A DNA stretch of 61,109 nt from Nemertoderma westbladi (Eukaryota > Animalia > Xenacoelomorpha). The DNA lies in contig JAUCBJ010003337.1 in assembly GCA_032718475.1 (NCBI GenBank), forward strand, positions 1-61,109. Direction: 5' to 3'. Below, piece by piece: positions 13,899 through 27,378 of this stretch. A model generated the notes under the pieces. That model made no database searches and had not been told where the DNA came from. It saw nothing but the letters and a program-made list of their open reading frames with translations. A program made the position numbers and the translations under genes. Position 1 is the stretch's first letter, and each line of letters begins with the position of its first letter.

Positions 13899-15036
13899 TT
13901 ACCCCTCCCTACCTTACTAGTATCTCCAGGCCGGACTTAGAAAAAAGGGGAACTCATGTTCCTTTAGGGGGCTCCGTAATGCATAAGGGTCATTCTGGGA
14001 TCATGGAAGTGCCCCAAACTCTGTCCGGACTTCGTTCAGTGCCTTTTGGAAGTTTGACATTTTTTTTACTGTACTTTTTGACAAAAAACAAGTACAAAAC
14101 GATAGGGAATTTTATATCCAATTTCGTCAATATTTTTTCAAATTGTAGAAAACATAATATTATGGGTCCTAAAAATTAATCTGCCCCACTCTCACCCAAC
14201 TGGCCAACACAACGCCCGATTAATGTCATATTAAATCTCATTTTACGAATTAAATATTTTTTATCCGGTCACTGACCTTTTGCAGGCCTCCCAGAGTTTC
14301 CTTTTTTCATTTTTTTGTTTTTTTTAGTCAATTTTCACACATTTTTTTCCTTTTTTTTTGTTCAGAAGATCAACTTCAGCTTGTTGTTGATATTGACAAG
14401 GGTATAACAGAGATTGACGGGCATATGCCGATTTTTATTTTGATTATGTATATTTATTTTGAAAAAAATCACAAGCTAAATCTACCATAAATATGTAGCT
14501 GTGAAGGGAACTTTAATATATTTATGTTCTGAGGGGGGTATATTATAATTGACACACAACTCGCCTTGATGAATCAACAATGTTGATTTTCAATTTAGGG
14601 AAAGTAACAGGTTGCAGCGGCAGTCTATTCTAACCAAAACAATAAAAAAAAACCTATAACACGGTTACAGTTTCATTTTTGCTCGTAATCAGCAGTTATA
14701 TGCATCCGTTTTCCCCTGGAGATGGTTGAACTTTAATTGCGTCTAAAAGCCTTTTTGTTATTTATATAAATGTAGCCACGACCGGAAATACGTACCAAAG
14801 TTTTTATATCACTTTCAAACTAAAGTTATATTTACAATCGTTTGATAAACCTCTATCAATGACCATCAATCGGCTGTGCTCAACCATCTCTTATAACTTT
14901 GGCAAAAAAAGGGGAAAATTTCGTAATAGTTTTCCTCTGTTCTTATTCCATTGATATGTTGATTTATAATAATTATATTGCCGTTGCCGTTGCCATTGCC
15001 CTTGTTCTATTTCTGTGTTTCTATTTTTTAACTTAG

Positions 15037-16182
15037 TGTTCGCGCTTTTAGACCTTTAGCAGTTTAACCTGCCAAATTTAGGTGTCTTCTAGGTTATAAA
15101 TCGACTTTAGCCTATCACAAGTATTTGATACACATAAAGTTACATTAGCCGAAGCCAGCCTATGCGCGACCATTCATCCACGGTTAAGGGAGACTGGATT
15201 CGGATGCTCTGATCTTATTGCGGTGTAGGCCTACTGTATTATTCGATTGCTCGTTACTAAAATATCTCTGACAAATATTATTCACTTTCGGGAAATATTA
15301 ACAGTTCCTTTAGGACGTGGCGCTCTAAGTATGTAAACAGAGTTATGACTTACACTAAACGCAACCGGATGGCTATTGATTTTCGTATAAAGGCGCATTC
15401 TTTAGGAAATGCTTTCTTATCTATCACATTCATGCACACTACCGCACACTGCTGCACACTGATCTGCCGACCTTCACTAATTTTAATCATATATAAGGAG
15501 AACAGCAACTGACACATGTAGGGTCTATGAAATAGCATTCAATTCACTCCAAAATCAGTATATCAAGAAGATTGGGGTTTTATGATTATTTATCGATATT
15601 CTCCAAATATAACAACATATCCATCAACTGATAACCATTAATAACCGACAGTAAATAGCAGTAAAATAATGCGGTGAAAGGTACAGAATAATATGATGTG
15701 AGTACCAGTTTGTATGAGATATGACAGGCTGATAACAGTTATACGTTTCTATAATCAAAGCCGTTCTAATGTTTGGCTAAAGTCTGAAACACAGAATAAT
15801 TCCAAAGCCGATGTTCTGGGCTCAGGAAAAAAGGTAAACAAAGACCATCATGCATTGCGCGATCTTCCGTAGGCTTCTGTACAAGATAAAATGAAAATCG
15901 CTCTGATTGGTCGAGTGAGCCGAACAAAGAAAGCCAAAAAGCTCCACATCGACATATCAGCTGATAGATGTCGTCATCTGAACTACACTGTATTAAGAGT
16001 ATTTTGGCGTATTGCGGCATAAAATGGCTTGTTATGTCCGCTAAAGTACACATACAGAAAAATGGCTTTTTATGTCCACTAAAACACCTACACAGTATGA
16101 AAACGGCTTTTTATGTCCGCTAAAACACCTACAGAGTACTTTGCGGGGAAAATGACTAGTTATATCCGCAAAAGCCTTTACA
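15037..16182 (-). repeat. 3' LTR (1146 bp)
   Basis: TGTTCGCGC...GCCTTTACA; matches 29290-30485 except for roughly 16 small differences and one indel of about 50 bp. Confidence 0.95.
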
Positions 16183-16298
16183 CCGCTCCCAGAAAATGGG
16201 ATTTAATTCTATAAAATATAAAAAATCACAGTTTCTAAAATATAAAAATACTCTAAACAGTTAGTCTTTCTTGCGCGGACGGCGTTTACGCAGTTTTT

Positions 16299-17573
16299 TT
16301 AGGCTAGCAAGAGTCCTTTTCTCTTTGGGGCGAGCCACTTTACTAGGAGGGCTATAACTCCTGAGTGAAGGGTGCAATACAATTGCATCGGAAGGTTCAG
16401 GATTACGGTCGGTGTATCCGCCGGTCGAGGTACCCGTTGATCGGTATTAACCTCAGTGGAACGAGGTCGAACAACCTTGAGAGCGCGTTTTAAGACAGCA
16501 GCTCTTACTGGTCCCTGATGGGTCGTTTGCATGAGAGCGGTAGGTGGACCGTGTATAGTGAGAAATTTCCTTGGTTTGATGATTCTTTCCAACTCGCGTT
16601 CTCGTGTCCAACGCGTTTCGTACAACTCTCTCCTCCACCTCGGTGACAGGTTGTATCGGGTTAAACCGGGACGATGATACGGTTGAATGGCGATATTAGA
16701 TGTCCGCGTCCCAATCCGACTAGGTAAGATGGGTGAATATTTAGGGAGCCTACAACCGGAGTGCCACCGACTAATTGTTTGGGTAACACTAGATCTTTGA
16801 ACAGTGAGTACAGTTCGGGAGGATCCGTGATACTATTAAGATCAAGAGTCTGAGGTCTCACTAGGGAGTGAGGAGGTCTGACCGAGTATTCCGGAACTCT
16901 GATCATAGGTTTATTTAAGGATCGTTTGAGTCGAGCGAGCGTAGGTGATACATCGAACAAGTTTCGCTCGAAACTCCCGTAAATATAGCGAGTAAAACTG
17001 TGTTTAGAGCAACGTCTCCGCGGATGTTTATGTCTTTCCGTTTGTTGGTTGGGTCTTGGGCATTTATCGCAATAATACCAAAGACGCACGTCTTGTAGGG
17101 GAAACGCTGGTGATCTTTCTTCAGTTTTACAATGTTTCTCTCAAGAATTCCAAATATACGTTGGAGTCACTGCGTTTATCCGGTTATTTAACGTCTTCTC
17201 TTTCAAGTCGATTTCGAATAGAATTTTCGAATTCGATTCTCAGTTTATCGTTCCGACTCCGCTGGGTATGATATTTAAATAGGACCATTTCCCTTTCGGT
17301 GTCGACATCGTCCGTATCGTGTAAATCGATAGGATGACCAGTAGTTAAGAAGTCCATATGCGTACCATTACGATGCGTATAGCGAGCAGTGAATTTTTGA
17401 TAGTCCAATTCACGAGTGAGTTGCTCCTGGGGCATTGGCGGTTCGATATAACAACCATCGTCCTCCGTAGTAGTTTGACTAGCATCGCCGCGTATTAAGC
17501 TATCAACAAACGCTTGCAACGGTAGAGTATATCGCTCCCTGATACCAAGATCATCTTATATCAACTCAGTCAT
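16299..17573 (-). pseudogene. Candidate accessory ORF(s) of the BEL element, unknown product
   Basis: Three consecutive same-strand ORF pieces (111, 142, 108 aa) in a block of higher GC between AT-rich spacers; no recognised motif. Confidence 0.45.
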
Positions 17574-19283
17574 AGCTACTATATGAGTTTATCAATATTA
17601 TAATTAGTTATAATTAGGCTAGCGGGCGTCGCTGCCTACCCCTCACGGCCCCCGGACAGCGCAAGATCCTCAGCGCTGATGTACTGTCGCCGATGTGCCT
17701 ATCGCCAACATAGTACATGCACAACGACAACAACAACCAGCGCAAGTCACTCCACTGTCCGTCCCAAGGGCTTAGATTTACTTCAGGTTCTTACTGCAGA
17801 GGTAGGGCTACTTTCACAACTGCGACTCGCTACTGTAAACACACTTTAGTAGTAACATTCACCTATAAACGCACAAATTCCACACAACTGTCACAAATTG
17901 ACTGTACACATTCATGCCATTTGTCCGTTAGTCAAGTGCCTTCCAGAATGCCACGTTATTATTATGTATCCTTGGATACTAGCAGTATGCTATTTATTCC
18001 TTATGCTATTCAATGGGGCAAGTTTTCTATTGTTCTTTAACTCGCTTCTAATTCTAGCGTGGTTGTTGCTATGATGACATTATGGAAAGCTAGCGGTAGA
18101 ATTAGGGTAATTCCCATGCATACAGATCTGGGATGCTATTTAATAGTAATTCTTTAATTGTCAATATCCCCCTTATACATGATTTTATGAATTTTATCGG
18201 CTATTGACTATATATTGGAGATTCTCGCACACTAATACACTTAATAGGGTGAATCTCCGCTCCCATGATCTATTAATTAATGGAATTTTGGGAATGTTAT
18301 AAATTGTATAAAATGACAATTTATCAAATTCATTAAAAGAGATGAATTTAAATTTATTCCCGTAAATTTTATTATTTATCCTTAAAACAGACATAATTTT
18401 ATTCCAGAGCATGTCTGGGGACTAGAATCCTTAATTCTAGGAAATTTGTCCTTTTAAGAGTATCGGTAAGTGCTACGATATCTTAATAGACTAGAATTTT
18501 AAAGGATCTAAAATTTTACAGATTTTAATTTATAGATTTTCTAGAGTTAACTTGTAAGTAGTTACTCTATTGTATCTATTTGACAGATTTTATAAATATT
18601 AATAGTTAATATTTAAGATGGGCACCGGTTTATTCCAGAACATGTCTGGGGACGTTAACCATTGATTCTAGAATTTTGTCTTTCAAGTATATCGGTGGGT
18701 GCCGCGATATCTTAATCGACTAGAATTACAGATGGTCAAAGGGTTTAACAGATTTATTTTGCGTTTTACGCTACTGTTAAAGGGACATCACGCTACTATA
18801 TGTATTATTTAATATATGGTATGAGAGCAATATTGCAAGAAGCAATGTCAGTGAGAAGAGGCAAGTCGTTTCCAAGGTCTACCCAGAGCTTGGTTTAGCC
18901 GAGACACGAGGATCTGAATTTTGCATTCCTAATACTCTACTTACCAATAATACTTGAATATAGTAGGAGCTTTATTGTACTTTAATAAGTACGGATATTT
19001 CATCTTACTGTAGTCACGTATTTATAATGTAATACGGACAGTAAGGAAAGAGAAAAAGAATTATTTCTCGCCGTCGCACTAAATATATAATATATAAGTA
19101 ATTAAGTAATAAACGCGAATATATATATGGCACTAATCTACTAAATAATCGCTAAAATAACATTCTACTAAATAAAATTAAAGAAAACGATTATAATAAA
19201 ATTACATAATAATACATACATAAATATAAAAATAATAAAGACAGATATAAAATAATATAGTCACACACCCACTCCAGACGCTG

Positions 19284-22200
19284 TTACGTTGGGGAGTCCC
19301 TAGATGTTTGTTGGATTAGGGAGGTGGTCGTGGGAAGAGTATCTTGCCTTCCATAGTTTCCGGAGAGTTCTCTGTCTCTTTCCAGTAAACATAAACGACC
19401 AACTGGGCGATTGAGCTGCTGTGTCTCGAAGACAATTCCCGGTTTCTTAAAGTTACGTCGCATGACGACGAGTTCTACCGATCGCACCAAACCATCATCC
19501 GAGATATGAGTCTCGATGATACGACCTGTCTGCCACCGCTTACGTGGAAGATCTGAATCCACAATAAGGACCATGTCTCCGGCGCTGACGTTTTCTTGCT
19601 GCGCAAACCACTTAGTTCGAAGTTGTAGCGTAGGCAGATAATGTTTTTCGAAATGGTCAGCGAAACGACGGGATAACAACTGCATAAGTTGCCAAGTTTG
19701 CCGGCAGTATTCGTCTCCGTCTGTGATTTCCGATCGTGGGAGCATGGCTACAGGTTTCTTCAGTAGGAAGTGCGCGGGTGTTAGCGCTTCCAGGGAATCG
19801 GGACTCGATGAGACTGGCATAAGCGGTCTCTCGTTGAGATAGGCGGCGATTTCCTCCATTAACGTCCGCAAAAGTTCGTCGGTGAGATACGCGCGGCACG
19901 GCACTATAAAGTGAAATGCTGTCTTCACGCTCCTGATTAATCTCTCCCAACTTCCTCCCCACCAAGGGGCGTCGGCGGCGTTGAAGGTCCAGCTAGAAGC
20001 TGTTACCCTTAGCTGATCGTCCACCTGTCTTTGGTTCCAATCTTTGACGTAAGCCTTGACTTCATTGTTGGCACCAATGAAGTTCGTTCCCTTATCAGAT
20101 CTCATCGTGTTACTAGTTCCAAAGCGAGCGATCTGTCAGCGTAAGCTCAATATGAAGCTATTGGTAGATAAATCGTTCACCATATCGAGATGGATAGCTC
20201 TACAAGTCATACAGACAAAGATGACACACCATCTCTTGACTATAGTCCTAGCACGATATACTTCAATAGGGCCAAATAAATCTACACCGGTATTTGTGAA
20301 GGGTGGTTCATAGAAGCTTACTCGTTCCCTAGGTAATTCTGCCTCTCGCTGTGTTAAAGGCCTACTGAATGCTTTCCTACAGGGTATGCAGTTCCTAAGA
20401 ACTTGGTTCAGAGCTCTACGGGGTTTATGAAAATAATAGCGAGTTCGAATTTCGCTAAGAACTCGTTCTCTACCAGCATGATAAAGCTTACTGTGAACAT
20501 CTACAATCATCTTGATTTGTATTTCAAGATTTCTAATGAGTATGGGAAACTTAGTGTCAAAGGATAATGGAGCATTAGTTAGTCTTCCTCCAACGCGTAT
20601 TAACCCATCTATCATTGTGCTAGAGAAACGATCCCTTAAGCGCATCTGTGGATTTCTCAACAACAGGAAATACTTATCGGAATCCTCATAGCATTGCAGG
20701 AGTCTCAGTATCTGCTTATTGGTTTCTTCATGCTCCTGGTAACTGATCTTCTCCTTCAGAAACCTGTCGGATATCTTGTATTTGGGAAGATCTTTAACAA
20801 CATGGACCTGAGCAGATGTCAGTGGAGCAGCATCACTAGTGGTCTTCGTCCTGGAGTAGTGATGATGAAAACATCGCTTTAAATATGTAACGGCCTTACA
20901 GAGCCGATTCCAGGAACTATAGTGATGTATCGCTCTCTGCAGGAGAGGTGAGAGTCCTTGCGAGACGTCTGGTGTTCCAGATTTCCAATCTCTCTCTCTG
21001 ATTTCCACAACAGACTTATTTGTGGCTGGGGGTTTCAGATCCAAAGCGTCGTCTCCGGAAGTGTGTAGTACAGACAGATCTATCACGGGTTTAAATAACT
21101 TCGATTTACTCGCCCGGGTTTTAGGTTTGACTTTCTCCGCTCCCTTGGCTTGTCTAATCTCCGCCGTAGTAAGATGAGGAGGCCATTCATCCTCTTCTTT
21201 GCTTAGGAAGTCGGGTCCACCTAACCAGTCTGGAGTATCTATCAGTTCTTGAGGAGTTGCTCCTCTGGAAGCGATGTCGGCTGGATTAATCGTCCCAGGG
21301 CAATGTCTCCATTGATCTATCTTCGTGCGACTAAGTATAATGGCTACTCTGTTGGTAACGAAGACGCTGAACTGACAGACTTCATTGGTGATATACTCCA
21401 ACACGAGCAAAGCATCGGTCCAATAGACAGTTTTCTCCAGTGGATAGTCTATCTGTTCTGTTACATTCCGGCCGATGGCTGTAGCGTATAGAGCCGCTTT
21501 TAACTCCGCTCGAGGAACTTTCAACTTGTTGTTTATCAATGCCTTAGAGGTAACCAAGGCGACCTTGATTCCATTCAGAGTTTCAACTCTCAGGTAGGCT
21601 ACTATACCTATTCCCATATCGCTGGCGTCTCCAAACACATGGAGTTGATAGGAATACGTAGGGAGAACATGACCAAAATATGAACGGGAAATTAGAAAGT
21701 TCTCGATGGATGGTAGAGAATCCTCCCATTTCATCCACTTCTTTAATAGTTCTCCCTTAAGTGGATCGTCCCATGAGTGGTTTTCAAGCCACATTTGTTG
21801 TACTAAACTCCGAGCAATCAATATAACTGGGCTAATAAATCCCAATGGATCGAAATAAGTGCTCAGGATACTTAGACAAATCCGTTTAGTCCGAACTGGA
21901 TTATCTCGCCGTTTTAGCTGGAAAAACAGGATATCTCTCTCCGTGTCCCATTTCAAACCAAGCGTCTTGGTTTCTGGAAGATCGTCCTTGATTAGGTCTA
22001 GATCTTTAACTCCTCGGTCTTCTACCGGGATCAATTCAAGAAACTCACGGGAGTTGCTGGTGAATTTAGTTAATCGAAATCCACCTCTTTTCAAGCACTC
22101 TACCGTTCCTTTTGCGACATCAATGGCTTCTTCCACCGATGGGAGGGACTTTAAATTGTCGTCCATGTATATATCCCGTTTGATGTTGTCGATAACCTCT

Positions 22201-25200
22201 TTGGAGAAGGCGTCCCGGTTGTCATCAGCAGTGGTGCGCACTACTGAGCAGGCGTTTGAAGGGCTCGAGATGATCCCAAAAGCCTGGATGGTCATCCAGT
22301 ACGCTTCCGGTTTCTGGTTGAGGTCTCCTTCAGGCCACCACAGAAATCGTAGGCTGTCTCGATCTCTATCCAGCGCCTTAACTTGTAAGAACATGCCTTC
22401 TATAGCGGAGGCGAAAGCGATCGAATATTGTCGTAATCTTAAGAGCATTCCCAACAAGGATTGGAGTAAGTTGGGTCCTGGCAACAACTCGGAGTTAAGG
22501 GATTGGCCCATGTAGAGGGCGGAGCCGTCAAATACTACCCGGACTTCGTTGGGTTTACTGGGTTTGGGAACGTAATGATGAATTAAATAGTACGTTCTCT
22601 CAGTTATGGGTGTTCCTTCCAGTACTCGCTCCGCATATCCCTTATCAATGAATTTCTTCAGCTAGGTCTTGTACATCTCCTTAGCTGAAGCATTTGCCGT
22701 AAGGCGTCGATGTAGTTGCGCAATTCTCTTCTCCGCCAAGGGTCGGTTGTTTATAAAATTGGGTTCTCGCCGTCGGAAAGGCAGACCAATCTCATATCTA
22801 CCTTGATCTTTAAGAAAACGTGTAGTTGTTTCCTGTATCTGCTTGGCTCTTTCTTCTTCTACCGATAGGGCCTTATCGTAGGAATTGGGCTCTACAGCCT
22901 CTTGAGTAAAGAATCGTACTGCGTGTTCATCGCGAGTCTTCGCGTTACAACGATCTATCACTTCATTCAGTTCATCATTGTAATCGTTGGATGAATGAGG
23001 TGACATAAGTTCACTTGGTTTTGCCAAGTTTCATTTTCCGTAAGGAGGTCGATGGTATTCTCCTCGTCGAATAGTTGGTGGATATCGTCATTATCTGAGG
23101 AGTATGGTGCTCCCTCAGGTGGGTCGTCTCCCTCACTGGTCTCATCTTCCCATTCACTCACCTGGTAGACTCGTTCTTTGGGTAGCCTTTCCATGAGAGT
23201 TCTACGGGAAGGTCCAGTAAAGTACCAACCTACTCTAGTTCTTCCCGCATAGGTTTGCAGTGGTTGCGGTTGAGCAGGCCGTTTCTCCAATGTCTCAAGC
23301 GCCTCATGCGTATTTTGGCCGATGAGTATTTGCACTCTAGGGTAGTCTGTGTTGAATCTAGGTATCTTATGCTGTTGGGTGAAATCGTCCTCATCCCAGT
23401 TATAAAGTTCCGCTTGGCTGGTAGCGAAGTTCTTTATCGCCACCATTTTTACTGACCTTATACTGTGTTCTCCTAGATCATCCTGGGGGGTGGACAACGC
23501 GCCTACATAATAATCTGTAGTTACTGTGGATTTCCAAACCTGCATAATTCCTGAAATGTTCAACTAAGTTCGGAACTTGGGTTGTCCAGCAAAGATGTCT
23601 TCGGCTAGTTCTTTGTCGATGAATGTTCCTGTGCTGCCGGAGTCAAGGAGGGCGTTCACTATATAGCTCTTTTCTGACCCGTGGACTCTCAACTGCACTA
23701 CGGGAAATTCTCAGATTCCTACGTTGGAAGTTGGTGCTTTCCAAGATGGTAGTCGGTCAGGAGTAGTTAGGGGGAGCTCACTATCTGTTTCCTTCTCATA
23801 TGTAAGTGCTCGATACACTGCGGTATTTATTAGGTAACAGGATTCGTTTTCGTCGGAGAATTCATCCGTATAGAATCCTTCCATCTCAGAACTTTGGTCA
23901 GTGTCGTTCACATCACTGAATTGGACATGTAGTTCGGACTCACTTACCTGACTCGGGCTGTTTCTTTCGAATTCAGTGTGCAACAAGATATGATGTTTCG
24001 CGCCGCACTTTGCACACCTTGCATCGGAGTAACAGGTTCGCCGTTGGTGTCCTTGTCTGAGGCAATTATAACACAACCGCTTATCCCACATGACTTCACG
24101 TCTATCTTTTAGTGATTTCTTTAAAAATTCATCACACACACTTAAACGGTGGGGCCCGTCGCACAGCACACATTTTGGTTTGATGTTACTTACTTTACCT
24201 TGGGTAACGTTGTGCACTCTCGTTCTTTCCTCGGGCTTTCTTCCGTGAACTCTCTTAGGAGACGTAGGAGTTTTTGTTACCTGTTCTCTCCTGTCATTGG
24301 TTCGAGACTTAAATTTACTTACGTCTTTAGGCGCTTTGTTGACATAGTAAGATCTTTCAGTGTCTTTCCCGCTGTCTTCCTCTTAAGAAGCCTGGCTTTC
24401 TCCGTCGTCTGTATAACACACTGGTGTTACCTTTCTCCTAGAAACGGGTTTCTCACTTACCTTATTTTCCGGTGTCTTCTCTCTGGACTGCTTTAGGAGC
24501 TGTAATTTTACCTCTCCATCTAAGAATGACATGAGATCAGCCATGGTAGGGTCTCTTCGTTGTTGTTCCATCATATATAAGACTTTCTTGTCCCAGCGTG
24601 TACCTACTCCACCCTTTGGTAAAGTAGAGGCCACGGCTCCAATAACCATAGAACTCTGATATTCATGAGACTTACCTAGCCAATCTAATTGTCTACAGAT
24701 CTCCTGAATCTCATCGGAAAACTCTATAATCCCGCTGCTAATTAACTTTCGGGGCGCTACCAATTTTGCATACAAATACCTAGCTATGTTATTCCTATTA
24801 CCATACCTGATGTTTAGTGTATTCCAAACTTGTCTTAATCCATCTGGATGTCCAATGAACTTTAACGCCATTAACTTGGGAGATCCTTCCAAGCACTCGA
24901 TGAGGAATCTAAGTTTCTCTCCATTAGATAGCACAGAATTCTGTATGTTATCTTTATAATATTCATTAAAAGGCAACCATTTCATCTCATCTCCGTTGAA
25001 ACTGACGATCTCTCCCACCTTTACCGCTTGTCGGGCTTCGGTTCTAGCCATTTGACGCGTAAAACTTTCTTGGGCCATCGTATTATTTAATATCGAGTTA
25101 TCGGTATATAAATTTCTCGGATTAGGATCAGGTCTATAGGGAATATCATTATCAACAGGTTTATCGTTACCCTTAATAGGGTTTACTATAGGAGTTTCTA

Positions 25201-27378
25201 CTTCACTAGCAGTATAAATGCGTGTAGGCTCCACACCTTGCGCATGAAATACTTCGGACCGAACAGGTTGACACATTGTTACAGGGGGTGGTGGTATACC
25301 TCTTTGTATATTTACCAATTTATCACGTTCTAACGCGATACTCTGCTGCACTTCTTGCAACTCTAACCTACCCTCTCTGACTGTTCCCTTTAACTGCTGA
25401 ACAGTCCCTTCCATCTCCCGGACCTGCTGAGAGGAACACAAACGGTGTTCCCTCAGCTGCCCGAGCAGGAGACCCATCTCCCGCCGTCCCTCATCCACCC
25501 ACTCTACCGCCGAAGCGGGAGCCGCCAACATAGTAGCGGGTAGACGAGGGACGACGGGCGATAAATCGTTAATGTCCCGCTCGGCGTCTAGGACTGGAAT
25601 GGACTCTGGAACAGTCCTACTGGGTACAGGTAGTTTAGTACTATGCAAAGGGAATTTAGAGTTAGGTTCTGGAAGTACAGGAGTCTCTATCACAGAAGGG
25701 GTGGCTTCGAGAACAGGCCTAATTATTTCAGACTCATCTACTATAGTAGGGAGTCTTTCTACTCTAATAATTTGGTCTGCAGGTTCTGTACTACCTAAGT
25801 CCGCACTAGCTAGTTGCCTTCTCACAGCTGGGGGCAAATTAGGCAATTTCTGATGGTGAGGCGTTCTTCTACGTCTGCTGGAACGAGATCTATTTCCTCC
25901 GCCTTCAGGATCTGTTGTATCGCCTTCATCAGATGATGTAAATCCCTGTCTCTTGGGAGTAGATCGACTTATCATCTGCATATGACTAGCTGTTCTCTGT
26001 TTATTGAAGTAGTCTTGCTTCTCTTGAAGATCCTCCAACTCTAGTTGGGCTGTCTCCTCAGATGCTCTCCGTTCTGCTTCCACCACTGCCTCTGCCGCTT
26101 TTCTTTCTGCCTCTGCCAATGCCGCTGCTGCTTTTCTTTCCACTTCTGCTTCTGCCGCTGCCGCTTTTCTTTCAACTTCTGCAGCTGCCGCTGCTGCCAC
26201 CTTTCGGTCTTCTATACGTTTTTTCTTTACTTGTTCTTCTTGAAGCGTAGCGATGCGGATGCTTTCATCAAATTTAGCTTGGTTCGCAGCTAGCATTTCC
26301 GCATCTATTGCGTCCAGCACAAACTTGGCTCCTTCACTATTAGGACGAAGTCCAGCCAGCCTTCTCCTCAACTCTTCGTCACCTAGAAATCGTTGATAGT
26401 CTGACAGATAGATGTCAATAGCGTCCTTCTTCTGCGGTTTCTCTGCTGTCGCTTCGCTTTCCACTTGAGAAAAGGTAGCGTCTGTTGATTCTCCGTGGGT
26501 TGAGCGCTCAGCCAGCTGAAATTTCCACTGGGCCGTTCCTTGAACCTTGAGACCCACCCGCTGGAACCAAGTCTTTACGGCAACTTGCAACGACGTGTCT
26601 TGTCTTCTTTTCGAAGCTTCCTCAAAGGCCGATAGGATTAATCTGATTCTTAGAATTCTTTCTCGAACTTGATAAAGCAGCTCTCCCTGCTCTTGAGGTC
26701 CTTGGGGTTGTTGAAACAGTTGTTCCTCTAATCACTCCAAAGAGCTGAAGAATCCCTGTACATATCCTGCTGCCGACCTCTTCCACACAGCTGGATCACT
26801 AGTGTCTTTTGTCACTCCCATCCTGTGTAAGTCCTCCCAGGCAGCTTCCGATAAGTTAAACGGGAGTCCGGGTCCGGGGAAGTTCCATTGCGTCTCGACA
26901 ATAGACTTCAGTTCCTCCCTTGTGTATCCTGCATAACTGTCCTTGGTCGATCTCTTACTTCTCGCCCATCGATTTGGTGTTCCTCCACCGCAATCAATAC
27001 CCTAGTGAGTACGGCTGCAGGAAGAATGAGAAGGGGATCCGAATAAACCGCATCTGCCATCTTTGCTCCGCGCTCGGGTGTCAGCTCTACAATATCCGAA
27101 CTACTGGAGCTATCGGGCCGCTGAGAAATAAGTTCTCGGCTCAGGTGTTGCTGTTGTTTAACAGCTGCCTCTTGGTCCCGCTTGACTTGAGCCCGAGTGC
27201 CTATGATAGACCTACGGTGTTTGACTAGCCTAGGGTCGGATACTACTACTGGAGGGATGACCTTTCTTACAGTAGGAGGTGAGTTGAACTTCGGTCTCAA
27301 ACGTTCCGCACTCCTATCTGGATCACAGATGGTTGTATCTAGGAGACTGTCTGACAGGTTTTGCTTTGTGTCAGACAT
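19284..27378 (-). pseudogene. BEL/Pao gag-pol polyprotein broken by several stops and frameshifts
   Basis: Triple knuckle CVLCDGPHRLSVC / CYNCLRQGHQRRTC / CAKCGAKHHILLH; protease ALLDSGS near 23640; RT YMDD; RNase H HVFGDAS; integrase H..H..CIPC, GVDLFGP, SDKGTNF, WWGGSWERL; stops at about 26733, 24383, 23711, 23565, 22662 and 20136. Confidence 0.95.

Larger units (their letters stand above)
8724..13976. mobile_element. Non-autonomous TIR element flanked by TA, carrying an internal satellite and nested insertions
   Basis: Left end TA|CGGAGCCCCTAAAG...ACATGAGTT...AAGTCCGGCC; right end GGCCGGACTT...AACTCATGTTCCTTTAGGGGGCTCCG|TA; superfamily not assigned. Confidence 0.8.

Noticed and set aside
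15766-16053. Identical 95-aa ORF here and at 30069-30356
   Set aside because: Lies within the LTRs; identity reflects LTR duplication; no motif recognised
21859-22515. 218-aa + strand ORF and other antisense ORFs over pol, DnaJ and OTUD5 exon 1
   Set aside because: Shadow frames of real coding sequence on the opposite strand
19284-27378. Idea that near-identical LTRs with a broken ORF prove mobilisation in trans
   Set aside because: LTR divergence of roughly 1-2% by eye is broadly compatible with several stops and indels accumulating in 8 kb after insertion
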